A stretch of DNA of 64,000 nt, from assembly GCA_964016885.1 (NCBI GenBank), contig OZ024746.1:99634001-99698000 (forward strand), in the 5' to 3' direction. The stretch comes from Eledone cirrhosa (taxonomy: Eukaryota). Shown one piece after another: positions 40,152 to 53,916 of the stretch. The translations under genes were made by a program, and so were the position numbers. Position 1 is the first letter of the stretch. Each line of letters starts with the position of its first letter. Below the pieces are notes generated by a model. That model made no database searches. It was not told the DNA's origin and saw nothing but the letters and a program-made list of their open reading frames with translations.

Positions 40152-41530
40152 CAGGTTTTTTTTCAGAGTTTCCCTCTCCTAGAAAGGTGTTGTGACAACT
40201 GGGGGCCTTTCACTCCCAGGTAAAAAAAAAAAAAAATACTATTTGGATGGCCGTTGACTCTGCTGAGTCACTCCGCCCTTTACCGGGTCTTGTATTTCAT
40301 CCCGCAGGGTGTCCAAATATCACCCTCCTCGCCAAGCAATCTTGGTGGGGGTTGGCGGTTTAGTCGCCGACGACCCGACCATGAGACAGGTTGTACTGGG
40401 TTACATGTTACCAGTACCACTCGAGTGACCTGATATATATACATACATGCATACATACTTACATATATATCTACATGCATATATATATAACTATATACAT
40501 ACACACACACGTATATACATGCATACATACATGGTGGCTGCCAACTCGTTTTCGAGTACGGCCACTACTTTATATCCATGTAGGAGAACCCCTACCGATG
40601 CACTAAACAAGTGTGACTTTTAGTCCAGCCAGCGACTTGAAAACTCTGCTACAAACACTACACTTGTGACAATTATTGACACATAGTGCTGGGCCCATGG
40701 TACCATGTGATGACAAGTGCAGAGAGATCTCCAGATATAAAGCAATGCCTGTGCCGTGAAGCTTTTATAGTGACAAAGGCACTGCACAAAGCCAGTCCCA
40801 CTCTCTTAACCAAGATGATATTTACCAAAAAGAAGAACAAGTCAACATCATTGGATATCATCAGGGTTGCAGGTGTTATATCATACATACATACATACAT
40901 ACATACATACATACATACATACATACATACATACATACATACATACATGATGACTGTCCCCTCATTATTGAGTATAGCCATTGCACGATATACCATTATT
41001 GCCGAGGTTGACTTTGCCTTTCATCTTTACGGGGTCGATAAAATAAAGTACCAGTAATGCACTGGGTAATTGCTGGCCTTGTGCCTAAAGTAGAAACAAT
41101 TAATTAATTCTATCGTGCAATGCCTGTGCGTGAAGATTTATTTTAAAGTGAGGAAAGACTGTGCACTGAACCAATCCCACTCTCTGGGCGACAGTAGCTA
41201 TAACCCGAAAAGAAGAAAAGATCAACATCATCGGTAACTACTGAGCCGCAGGTTTTATATCGGAGTTATCCCAGTTTCCTGAGTTGCCTTCTCCTAGAAG
41301 AATGCCCTGACAAAGGCTAGGGGTCCTTCACTCCCAGTCGGGTCACTCTTGAATGCTACTGGTAACATGTAACCCAGTACAACCTGTCGCATAGACGAGA
41401 CGTCAGCAATTAAACTGGCAAACCCCCTCCCCCAAGTTTACTTTGTGAGGAGGGTGATTTTGGACACCCTGCAGGAAAAAAAACAAAACCTGACAAAGTG
41501 CGGAAGAACTCATAAGAGTCAACGGCCAAA
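40152..41530. mobile_element. Cluster of RTE 5'-UTR pieces in both orientations (40152-40425 -, about 40740-40880 -, 41117-41340 -, 41345-41530 +) plus a truncated SINE A (41000-41101)
   Basis: Direct sequence similarity to 39036-39440. Confidence 0.7.
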
Positions 41531-41929
41531 AAGTGTGTAAATATGTATATACACATGAACATATGTATGTATATGTATATGTGTATATGCATGTGTGCAT
41601 GTGTGTGTATAAGCGCGGGGAAATAGAAATAGTCGGGCTAGACACCTGATCGCGCGGTTAAACATATATGCATACATGCATACATAATAAAAACGAATAA
41701 CGAACATAATACATATACATATACATACCTACACAATTACATACATACGTACGCACACAGTCGAACACATACGCATAGATACATACATACAAACACACAC
41801 ATATATACCTACTCAATAACATGCATACGTACGTATGCACACACAGGCGCATACATACATATATACATACTCACACCCAAATCTACACACATATACACAC
41901 ACAGCTAATTGTATATACAGTATATATAT

Positions 41930-42036
41930 ATATATATTGTATAAGCTGTAGTGGTGTATAAGTCAGCAGTATATATATACAGAATATATATATATATATA
42001 CACACAGTATAAGCTGTAGTGGTGTATAAGTCAGCA

Positions 42037-42084
<48 letters not shown>

Positions 42085-42553
42085 TGTGTATATATACAGT
42101 ATAAGCTGAAGTGGTGTATAAGTCACCATTGTATAAACTCTACTGGTGTATATATATGTCAGCAGTATATATCCACAGTATATATATATTGTATAGAATG
42201 TAGTGGTGTATATATGTCACCAGTATATATATTGTATTAACTCTACTGGTGTATATATAAGCCAGCAGTATATATACACCCAGTATATATACTACTGGTG
42301 TATGTATAAGCCAGCAGTATATGTATACACACAGTATATATATTGTATAGACTGTAGTGGTGTATATATATAAGCCAGCAGTATATATCCACAGTATATA
42401 TATTGTATAGACTGTAGTGGTGTATATATAAAAGCCAGCAGTATATGTGGGCCGTTCCTCACAAACTGTTGTTTATACAAAAGACCACTCGATAATTGCA
42501 TCATCTAACATCTGCCACAACAAGCTTCTACACACACACATATATACATACAG

Positions 42554-42591
<38 letters not shown>

Positions 42592-43680
42592 ACATATATA
42601 TACATACAGACACGTTCAGACACACACACGTATATATATATACATACAGACACGTTCACACACACACACACACATATATATAGACATGTTCACACACACA
42701 CATGTATATATATATATATATACATAGAGACACGTTAACACACACATGTATATATATATGCATACAGACACATTCACATATACACACATATACATTCGTA
42801 CACACGCGCACTCACACGTATTTACACACACATATACATACACACACATTCACATACACATTCAAAGGCGCACTGACACGCACACTCACATACACGCACG
42901 CACATACACTCACACTCATACATACTTGCATACACATACACGCACTCACACGTATTTACACGCATACATACACACACCCTCACATATACACACTGGCACA
43001 CACGCGCGCATTCGCGCGCACATACACGCTCATACATACACTCACATACACGCGCACCCATACTCATACACACACATACACAAACACACACAAACACTCA
43101 CACACACACTTCAACACACATACACACACACGTGCTTCTATCCAGCCACACAGTCACTCACACACCTACACATACACAAACAAACACACACACGCATGTA
43201 CACACTCACACGTATTTGCACGCATACATACACACACCGTCACATATACACACTGACACACACGCGCGCATTCGCGCGCACATACACGCTCGTACATACA
43301 CTCACATACACGCGCACCCATACTCATACACACACATACACAAACACACACAAACACTCACACACACACTTCAACACAGATACACACACACGTGCTTCTA
43401 TCCAGCCACACAGTCACTCACACACCTACACATACAAACACACACACACATGTACACACACACATACATGTGTTTATATCCAGGCACACACTGTCACACT
43501 TCTATCCAGCCACACACAGACACTTCTATCCAGCAACACACACACACACACTTCTATCCAGCCACACACACACACTTCTATCCAGCCACAAACACACATA
43601 TACTTCTATACAGCCACACACGCACACTTCTATCCAGCCAGCCACACACACACGCACACTTCTATCCAGCCACACTACAA
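41930..43680. repeat. Degenerate tandem repeats (GTAGTGGTGTAT..CAGCAGTATA) followed by CA-rich low-complexity DNA with an internal duplication of about 260 bp
   Basis: Directly visible. Confidence 0.8.
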
Positions 43681-43888
43681 TCATTTGTCCCCACTCCACT
43701 CGCTGTTAGCGGTAAAGAGAAGGACTGCCTTCTCTCTCTCTCTCTCTCTACTTTAAGTAATAAAAACATCTTTAAATTTCTACTGGCAAAAGTCTCAAAA
43801 CCTATATTTTTCTCTCTCTCTCTCTCTCTCCTCCCGTAAGATATATATATAAATATATATATATAAATATATAAATATATATATATAA

Positions 43889-43981
<93 letters not shown>

Positions 43982-44025
43982 AACACACGAGGTGTCCTGA
44001 AGTGTGTACACTTTTGGAGACACTC

Positions 44026-44071
<46 letters not shown>

Positions 44072-44159
44072 TGTATATAATTAAACACGCATATGTACAC
44101 ACATACATATATATATATATATAAACATACATTTATATATATATATATATATTACTTCA

Positions 44160-44455
44160 TAAAACTCAGAGCTGTATGGGAGCCTCCCAAGAGTCAGCTC
44201 AAAAGTGACAGAGGAGACTGAGGTTAGCTGGATATGCTCACCGACATCCAGAGTTGACATTGCAATCAGTGCTCCTTTGGGAGCCCCTACATGGACACAC
44301 TAGAAGAGGAAGACCAAGGTTAACGTATGTTGATGCCCCAAGGACAGACACTGGTCTGTTGGAGACGCAGGACATAGCAGCGATAATGAGGGACAGAGAC
44401 CGCTGGAGAGAACTCGTCCATGGATCTCGGGAATTTTACCCGCCCTAGATAGATA
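44160..44455 (+). pseudogene. RTE-like LINE 3' end fragment (related minus-strand relic at about 29450-29590)
   Basis: LLWEPLHGHTRRGRPRLTYVD...MRDRDRWRELV. Confidence 0.7.
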
Positions 44456-44462
44456 TGACTTC

Positions 44463-44527
<65 letters not shown>

Positions 44528-44531
44528 ACAC

Positions 44532-44604
<73 letters not shown>

Positions 44605-44894
44605 CTGACGTGCCGGCATCGTTCTTATCTTTCTGACACACCGCTTAATGTTTTGCTTATTTTCTTTCCTGTTTGAAATCATTATTAGAAACAATTATTT
44701 ACTAATATCATATTGCAATACTGTTTTATTACATGCTCTAAATACTCTCGTTTCTTCTCTCTAATCTTCACCAGGAAAAGTTTTTATAAATAAAAGTATG
44801 ACATGTCAAACTATACATTTTAAATAAACACGAAGGCAGAACAGGACGAGTTGAAAATAAAAAGGATTCGTTAGAAATCACACACGTCACTCAC

Positions 44895-44973
44895 CTATCA
44901 TAGTGCCGACGATTAGCGTAATTCCCGACATCAGTCCTAGATTTTTCTTTAATTTTACAGAATCTTCCCCCAT
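44895..44973 (-). CDS. First coding exon of an SLC7-family L-type/b(0,+)-like amino-acid transporter light chain
   Basis: Kozak gccaagATGg, then MGEDSVKLKKNLGLMSGITLIVGTMI-G|GTGAGT (phase-1 donor). This matches the conserved L-K/R-x-LGL-SG--I/LIVG--IGSGIF TM1 motif of SLC7A5-11. No downstream exon was recognised in the window. Confidence 0.85.
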
Positions 44974-45056
44974 CTTGGCTTCTCTTTTCCACGAACTGTT
45001 AGAAAACTAGTGGATTCGGTCGGTGTACGGGACAAATGTGTCTGTATGTATGTATG

Positions 45057-45076
45057 GAGAGAGAGAGAGAGAGAGG

Positions 45077-45124
<48 letters not shown>

Positions 45125-45128
45125 GAGT

Positions 45129-45162
<34 letters not shown>

Positions 45163-45328
45163 AAACGACTGAGAGAGCGAGGGAGAGAGAACAAGAGAGC
45201 GAGAGGAAGAGAAAGCGAGTGAGAGAGAGACAGCGAGTGATGAGAACAAGAGAGCGAGTGAGAGAGAGAGACAGCGAGTGATGAGAACAAGAGAGCGAGA
45301 GAGAGAGAGAACAAGAGAGCGAGAGAAC
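45057..45328. repeat. (GA)n-rich tract just upstream of the SLC7 exon
   Basis: Directly visible. Confidence 0.85.
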
Positions 45329-45729
45329 GATATATATATCTAGGGAGCTAGATTATCAGCTGTCTCTGTCAATAAATGTTTCCTAAGTCTTCGAATCCTT
45401 CCTGGTGTGGCTTAAATAAGTTAGCTATATACTTTATATACTTTAGATAAGTAGAAAGCTAGCTTGTTGACGGATGTCGGTAGATATCTACACTACGATC
45501 TACATTGATGGAACCATACACAGTCTATCAGTCTTCTCACTGCTTTGCTGCTAAATTATTTGAATGAAGTGGATTTGGAAAGTCAATTAAAGAAACAATA
45601 AAGTAATAACGAACTAAAAACAAAAACAAAACAAAAAGAACTTGTGGGCTGCTTTGGCAAAGCTGTTGCTGTTAGTGTTGATGCTGTTCTTTGTAGGGAT
45701 TACGGAAGGAGGGTGTCAGCAAGTGTTAC

Positions 45730-45781
45730 TGCTAGTAGTAGTAGTAATAGTAGTAGTAGTTAAATTAATGGTAGCAGCAGC

Positions 45782-45825
<44 letters not shown>

Positions 45826-45899
45826 AATTAGTAGTAGCAGTAGTTTTAGTAGAATTAGTAGTAGCAGTAGTAGTAGTATTAAAAGTAGTAGTAGTAGTG

Positions 45900-45930
<31 letters not shown>

Positions 45931-46158
45931 AATTAGTAGTAGCAGTAGTTTTAGTAGAATTAGTAGTAGCAGTAGTAGTAGTATTAAAAGTAGTAGTAGT
46001 AGTGGTAGTAGTAGTAGTAGTAGAATTAGTAGTAGCAGTAGTTTTAGTAGAATTAGTAGTAGCAGTAGTAGTAGTATTAAAAGTAGTAGTAGTAGTGGTA
46101 GTAGTAGCAGTAGTAGTAGTAGTAGTAGTAGTAGAATTAGTAGTAGTAGTAGTATTAA

Positions 46159-46192
<34 letters not shown>

Positions 46193-46535
46193 CGTAGTAG
46201 CAGCAGTAGTAGTAGTAGTAGTAGTAATAGTAGCAGCAGCAGCAGCAGAAGCAGCAGCAGTAGTAGTGGCTAACGGTGGTGTTGGCGGGGAAGTTAAAAG
46301 TGGTGGTACTAGAGAAAAGGCTGACACTTGGCACAACAAAGCACCACCACCGCCACCACCGCCACCAATATACACCAATATACACCAATATACACCAATA
46401 TACACCAATATACACCAATATGCACCAATATACACCAATATACACCAATATACACCAATATACACCAATATACACCAATATACACCAGTATACACCAGTA
46501 TACACCAGTATGCACCAGTATGCACCAATATACAC
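45730..46535. repeat. (AGT)n compound repeat with higher-order units, then a 10-bp (TACACCAATA)n array
   Basis: Directly visible. Poly-V/T ORFs are artefacts. Confidence 0.9.
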
Positions 46536-46574
46536 CCCTTTACTTACAGCTACTGCAAGTTTTGCAGGGCTTTA

Positions 46575-46858
46575 AATAATTGTTTCTACTTTTTGGCACA
46601 AGGCCAGCAATTACCCCAGTGTATTACTGGTACTTTATTTTATCGACCCCGTAAAGATGAAAGGCAAAGTTAACCTCGGCAGGATTTGAACTCAGTCTGT
46701 AAAGGGACGTAACTGTGCTACAAAGCATGGCGTCCGACCCTCTACCGATACTGCCAATCAACCGCCCACTGCAGGGCTTTAAATAATTGTTTCTACATTT
46801 GGTACAAGGCCAGAAAAACCCAGTGCATTACTGGTACTTTATTTTATCCACCCCGTAA
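46575..46858 (-). mobile_element. SINE A full copy plus adjacent 3' fragment
   Basis: Direct repeat TGCAGGGCTTTAAATAATT flanks the full copy. Confidence 0.85.
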
Positions 46859-47479
46859 ATAATGTTTGTATTGTTGTGTACTTTTTAGTGGACGAGAGTG
46901 GGTATAGCTGTGTTACTGTTAACATGTGTTTAATGTTACTATAGCTGCTGTTGTCATCGCTCTCCTCATCTTTGTTGTCATCGTTCTCGTTGTCGTCGTT
47001 GTCGACGCCGTTGTCAACGCTGTCATCGCTCTGGTTGTTGTCGTTGTTGTCATCGTCATCGCTGTCATCGCTCTGGTTGTCGTCGTCGTCGTCGTTGTTG
47101 TCATCGTCATCGCTGTCATCGCTCTGATTGTCATCACCGCCGACACCATGGTAGTTGTAATGTCGCTGTCCTTTCTATCCTACCTTTGTCCAACGTATTG
47201 CTACAGACGACAATATCAGAATAATGGAACAGCGGTAAAAAAGACGACATATACCTTGAAGTATCTAACATCATCTATCTATATATATCTATCTCTCTTC
47301 TTCTCTCTCTCTATCTCTCTCTCCTCTTCTCTCTCTCTCTTTATATATATATATATATATATATATCTTCTTCTCTCTCTCTCTCTTCTTCTCTCTCTCT
47401 CTTTATATATATATATATATATCTTCTTCTCTCTCTCACTCTCTCTCTCTCTCTATTTATCTCTCTCTCTATCTATCTA

Positions 47480-47511
<32 letters not shown>

Positions 47512-47528
47512 ATTTATCTCCATGTATA

Positions 47529-47559
<31 letters not shown>

Positions 47560-47592
47560 CTCTATCTCTCTATTTATCTCTATATATCTCTC

Positions 47593-47624
<32 letters not shown>

Positions 47625-50600
47625 ACACACCTCAGACACACAAATGAAAACAACCCCTCCCCAAAACATAACACTGACACCAACACAAAAGAGCTCACAA
47701 CAACAGCAAACAAAAAACACCACACAAAAACAAAAACATGCATACACATACATAAACACAAGAAACAAAAAACTGTTAAACATTGTGTACAACAACAATC
47801 TAATAAAAACACAAGGTCCTAACTTCACCCAGGCAGGGGATTTCCCCCACCTCAAAATGATTAAGGCCCCACAGGACACCTATAAAACTTTAAAAAACAA
47901 TTTTAAAGAGGACGTGGGTCCCCCCTGCGTCGGGCCCATTAACCGCGTCCTCCTAAAAAACTATCCCACCCCCTCCCCAAACACCCACACAACTCCAAGC
48001 TCCCCAACCACACAACACACTGATGCCCCTACACTTCCACAAACCACCGCCCCACCCAACAACCCATCCCCCACCCTAATGGAAATTGTGCAGCCCGATA
48101 CCCGGGACGCAGAGAGGTAAGTGCCTTTTCTCTTCACCACCAACATGGCTATGCTAAGAGTAGGCTGTTTATATGCGCGTGGCCTGGGCTCAACTTGGAA
48201 GCAAGCAATGCTTCTAAATGACCTCAGGTCACAACGTATAGATGTGATGGTTATTTGCGAGGCCCGGATCAGCAACGTGCGACAGCTGGCCCCCACCTTT
48301 GATGACTTTGAGATGCACGCATCTCTCTGTCAGCCCGGAGGTGGGGGTGGAGTTGTCGTTCTGCTGCAAAAACATCTGGGTCTCGCAACACAGATGGTAT
48401 ATTTGGACCCGGAGGGTCGACTGGTGGTTCTGGACCTTGGCAGTGGTAAAGGCGGAGCGTTTAGGTTGGTAGCCGCCTACGGCCCTTTCGGGTCAATGCG
48501 GCCGGACTTCTTCCATCGTCTGGAGACTTTTCTAGGGACGTCCCGCTCCTTGCTATTAGTGGGGGACTGGAATGGTATCCTAGATGCACGCTGGGACTAC
48601 GTAGGGGCCTGTCCCGATAGAGAGGGGTGTAATAGCCTCAAAGGGTTAATCGGTCGATTTGACCTGGCCGATAGATATCGACTAGATTTTCCGACTGCGC
48701 CAACCTGAACTTGGGCAAATCGTAGCGGAACATCTAGGTCGTACGTAGATAGGTTCTTAGTTAGAATTAAGGATAAGGACTTTTTAAGTTGTCCAAAAAT
48801 GCGCATGGTTGGCTATTCAGACCACAAATTAGTGACCTGCATGGTCAACCTTGACAGAACTCATAGACAGGGACCCGGTTACTGGAAGCTCAACTTGTCC
48901 TTACCGGCAAGTAAGGCTTACAGGAACCGGATTAGCACTTTAGTTAAGGAGCGGTTGACGGGCGCCATCGTCAACAGCAGGTGGTGGGGATCTCTCAAAA
49001 GAGAGATTAGAGTAGTCTCTATAGAATTTAGTAAGGAGTTAGCCTCCAATAGAAATAGGAAGGAAAGGGAGTTGGTAGATAGTGTAGAAGAGGCAATTAG
49101 AAGCGGCGACGTGGCCAGAGTGCTAGCGTCGAGAACGGCCCTGGGCCAGTTCTTCGACGCGAAACACGAAGGCTGCATCGTCCGAAGCAAAATACGTGCT
49201 CTGGGAAACGAGGGGACCAAAGCTGTTAGCTGGGCCCGCGTGACAGAAGCCAAAAGAGGGAGCAGATCCACTATCCGGTCTTTGCGAGACCAGGATGGAC
49301 GGGTGATCCTTGAACCTAAGCAGATGTGCGAGGCTTTTCAAAAGCACTTTGCCGAATTGTTCGGAAGGGGCGGGGGGCCGGTTGGGGACGTGGACTTCGG
49401 TCCATACCTCGACGGCCTGCCGCGTCTCTCGGACAGGGAGGCGAAGTCCTGCGAGGAGCCGATTTCAGCCGCTGAGATAGAGGACGTGCTGAGCCAATGC
49501 GGCAAACGCAAATCCCCGGGTCTCGATGGTCTTCCATACGAACTATATCTAGCTATACCGGACTTGTTCCCTGAACTCCTCGAGGCGGTCTACTGCAACT
49601 GGCGACAGAACGGGAGAATTCCCTGTGCTGTGACCAAGGGCGTAGTCACGCTAGTGAGGAAGGACGAGAACAAGGGGGACGATATAAATAATTTCAGGCC
49701 CATAACTCTGCTAAATACAGAGTTACAGATTTTGGCCAAGGTGCTAGCAAAGAGGTTGGCGCTTGTCGTGGGCAACCTGGTGGGAGATGCGCAGACATGT
49801 GCTATCCCGTCCAGGTCCATCCACGATAACCTCCACCTCATGCGATACATCATCGAGAGGGTTGGGAACGAACCCGGCTTTGGTGGGGCCCTGATCAACT
49901 TGGATCAATCTAAGGCATTCGATAGGGTCGACCATGGTTACCTGGATGCGGTGCTAGCGGCGGAAGGCTTCGGACCCGTTTTCAGGGGCTGGATCAATGC
50001 CATGCACAGCAGCCGCATCTGCTCTAGGGTCAAGGTGAACGGCTACCTCTCGGAGCCGTTCGAAATCGCGCGGTCCATCCGACAGGGGTGCCCTCTCTCC
50101 TCCCTTCTGTATGTAGTGACTCTAGAGCCACTGCTGCGGAAGTTGGAGTTGTTGCAGGGCATCCCGTTGGAACCGGGATTGCGGAAAGCGGTGTCAGCCT
50201 ACGCCGATGACGTAACAGTAATGGTGTCGACGGCCTCGGAAATCGGGGCGATCGGCACCTTACTGGAGGAGTACGAAAAGTTTACAGGGGCTAAGCTGAA
50301 CCGGGACAAGTCGATCGGTCTGCAACTCGGCACGTGGAGGGGCAGATCGATGCCCTCCGATGGCGTCGTCGGGCGCTGGACGGAGGGCCCGGTGAAATTG
50401 CTCGGGGTCTGGTTCGGACCAGACCTCCAGGTGGAGAAGAACTGGGGTGAGGTGACGAGCAGGGTGTTTGCACTGACCCAGAAGTGGGCCGAGTGCAAAC
50501 TGTCCCTGAGAGGTCGGGCGGAGGTGGCGAACACTTATATAGCGTCCGTCATCTACTACCGCCTGACCGTGGTGCCTTGCCCAAGGGAAACGCTCGCCAA

Positions 50601-51844
50601 AATGGAGCGCGCACTCTTCCAATTCCTTTGGAAGAAGCGGGCTCCTATGGTGAGGAGATCCATCTGCTGTCAACACCCTTCGAAAGGAGGGCTGGGGATG
50701 CCGTGGCTGATGATACGTAAACACGCATTAAGGCTACGGCACCTTCAGGTATTCCTCTCCGGTCAACCGGTGTGGGCCCCGTTTGTGAGGCGAGCCTTTT
50801 CCAGACTCGTCTCACTCACCGAGCTGCAATCCTGGGTCAAGCAAAGACCGAGAAAACTGGGCGCCTGGCACACCGAGTGTGCCCAGGCGCTCACGGCTCT
50901 CTGGCAGGCGGACCCGGCTGTCAGTGGAGAATCCACCTCGTCATTCTATAGAGGGCTGGTGGTTAGCAGGTGCGACGACGCCCTCGGAGAAGCCCTAGGC
51001 ATGGAGGAAGACGAACTGGCCAACCTGTTCGGTAGGACATTCAGCCCGGGACCCATGGATAACTTCCAGAGGTCCCTGGCCTGGCAATGCTACAGAAGGG
51101 CTCTGCCCGTTCGAGAAAGGCTCTACAGACACGGGCGCCCGGGTAGGGACCCATCGAAAAAGATCTGTCCCAGATGCGTGTGCGACGAGGAAACCGTTGC
51201 ACACGCATTGGTACACTGCTCGGGCATTGCCGATCTGTGGGGCTATGTCGAACAACTGCTGTCAAGGGTGGGACCGATCCGGTTGACCACCGAGTCTATT
51301 GTAACGATCAAGCCGCCTCCCCTCTTCAAAAACGAAGGAGAGGCGGTGTTTCTGTGCGTAATAGCCATGGCGAAAGAGGTTGTATGGTGGACGCGTCTGA
51401 AAGGACTGAGGTCAGACACCTTTCTCTCTGGCCAACAACTGGTCCGTTTCTTCCGATATCATTTCGGAAGAAGGATCAGGATGGAGAGAGAGGTGCTGCA
51501 CCCCAGCCGTTTCTATGAAAGATGGGTGAAAGTGGCGAGAATGACCCGTGTGAATGGGCCTTCAATCTACATCAGACTATAGGTGAGGAAGATGAAAGAC
51601 CAAGGGAGCACACCTTCTCTGTGTTCCTGAGGAGAAAGGTTGCACACTTTTTTCGGGGGTGTGTGCGACCCCCCAAGGCGCCTCCTCTCTATTGAGGACT
51701 TTGTTATAAATTTTATTTTTTGTTATATTTTATTTTATTTTTATATATTGTTATTGCCTCCTCCTTATTGAGGACGCCTTGTTTTGTAAACTCCCCCCAT
51801 TGTACTTGTCCCACTTTTGATGCCCTGGTGGCAAATAAAAGAAA
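47625..51844 (+). mobile_element. L1/Tx1-clade LINE copy A (5'-truncated in ORF1)
   Basis: ORF1 C-terminal part 47644-48120, then ORF2, then a 3' UTR ending TGCCCTGGTGGCAAATAAAAGAAA. (TATC)n lies at both junctions. Confidence 0.92.
48145..51582 (+). pseudogene. Copy A ORF2 (APE endonuclease-RT-Zn finger) with a single in-frame TGA
   Basis: Track ORFs 48121-48708 and 48799-51582 share one frame. TGA at 48706 corresponds to TGG (W) in copy B. Confidence 0.9.
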
Positions 51845-52074
51845 CATGTCTATCTATCTATCTATCTATCTTGATAGAGTAAGACACGCTTCGCATCGGC
51901 TCCGCTATTCCATCGGGATTTACCCTTACTATTGTAAGTACCGGATAAATTTTTTTAGTGCAACACATTTGGAACACTAACCCCTGTTATTTAGGGAAAC
52001 ATTTTTGCATTTACCCCCCTTTTAGGGGGTAAAATAAATATCTATTTTTGCCGAAAAATTTCTTTCTTGGCAGC

Positions 52075-53911
52075 ATGGCGGAAAAGATGGCAGACATGTC
52101 TGCCATTAGCTCTGCCACGCCCCCCAAGTCTGAAGAACAAAAAATAATTACAACAAAATTAGACATTGAAACAAACAAACAAAATGAAAAAACAAATGTT
52201 AAGGAAAATGAGCAAACAGAAAACAAACAAACAGAAAATAATACAAATAACGACAGGGCAACTTTCGCCCAGAAAACAAAGCAATCCATTACATACACAC
52301 CAATTGACCTAACTGCCGCCAGAGAAAAACTGGCCGAAGCAAAGAAACATATTGTTTTGGGGGAGAACGGAATGTTTTCCATTAACTCCCCCCCAGAATT
52401 CAAGAAAGCCAGAGCAGAAAACACAGTTCTATACAGAACTATACTGAACCAGACAAGAAAGCCAGCACAGCCCAGCCAAATGGAAATAGAGTTAGTCCTA
52501 AAAGACTATATGAAGAATATTCTCTTCATACGAAAGGACCGACTCTATGGCAGCATTTCGGTCCTAACAAGAGACAAAGAAACGGCGGAGAAGCTTTCCC
52601 TAAGCCCACTCTCGTCGACAACATATAGCTTCTATCCCTCCTACATGGGTAGAAGAACACAGAGAGTAAAAGTAAAAACAATGCTGCCCACAATGGACTT
52701 CTGGTGGGCTATTGCTGGCTTCATTGATATGGGCGAAGACACTATGCTGTCAATGGGGAAGGCAACTGGAGATGCGTTCCTGGGAATGGGCCTCGACATA
52801 CTAGTCCAAATGAGGCCCGAAAGAATAGCACAAATCCCGGATCGCATCTGGCTGAATGACCTTACCCCAATAGACATAATTGTAGAGGGGAGAAGACCAG
52901 CATGCTATTTATGCATGGAAAGGGGACACGTTAAGGCTAACTGCCCGAAACGTATCCCCCAAAAAGGACTATTGCCCACACCCACCACAAACAGTACACC
53001 AGCACCACCCACCTCCAAAAATACACTAATACCACACACAGCAAACAAAATACAGACACCACCAACCACAAACACAACACAAACATCACCACCACCAGCA
53101 CCAAACACAAGCACGACACAAAAATCACCACCACCAACCATAACACAAACATCACCACCACCATCACCAACCACAAGCACGACACAAACATTACCACCAC
53201 CACCACCACAAAACCCATTCCAAACAAATAATAAAAAAAAACAGTAACAAATCTACCCCTCCCGCAAAAAAAAAACAACCACACAACACGTCCCTCCCAC
53301 CTAGCGCTGAAGAGTTTCCCCCAACTTCTGAAGAAGAAGGAGGAGAAGCCTTCAGACAAGTTAAAAGAAAAAAAAGAAAACACACACCCAGCACACCACA
53401 AATAACCCACACACAAACACCAACTCCAATCAAAAACACCCCACCCTCAACAAACAAAAATAAATCTGCGCCTCCCCTCTCCGAAACATTGACAGCATCA
53501 CAAAAAAAGACGTTGCAATACACATATATAAATAAAGAAAACAAAAAACTGGTTAAATTAATAAACAATAACCCTATGGTGCAGACCGAAGGGCCAAACT
53601 TTATCTCAACAGAGAACTTCACCCATTTAAAAATGATAAAGGTCCCTCTGGACCTTTATCGTTCCTTAAAAGAACAATTTAGACGGGACGTGAGCCCCCC
53701 CTGTTTAAAACCGTTGAATCGCGTCCTCTTGAAAGATTTCCCCATAACCGCCCCTCTCCCTGACACAACTCCAAATACCCCAACCCCACCACACACGTGT
53801 ACCCCCACACCACCACAAAACATCCCTCCACCCAACACACCTGATGCCATGGAAATTACGCAACCCGGAGAGGTAAGTGCTTTTCTTTCTTCACTTTCAA
53901 CACCAAAATAG
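52075..53911 (+). CDS. Copy B ORF1 (gag-like, CCHC knuckle), broken at an A-run near 53240
   Basis: CYLCMERGHVKANC = CX2CX4HX4C, Pro/Thr-rich linker. The C-terminal part (53489-53911) is homologous to copy A 47644-48120. Confidence 0.8.
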
Positions 53912-53916
53912 ATCAA

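Noticed and set aside
45642-46673. ORF with signal-peptide-like start (MWAALAKLLLLVLML...) followed by poly-Val
   Set aside because: TTG start, and the body is an (AGT)n microsatellite, a 10-bp repeat and a SINE.
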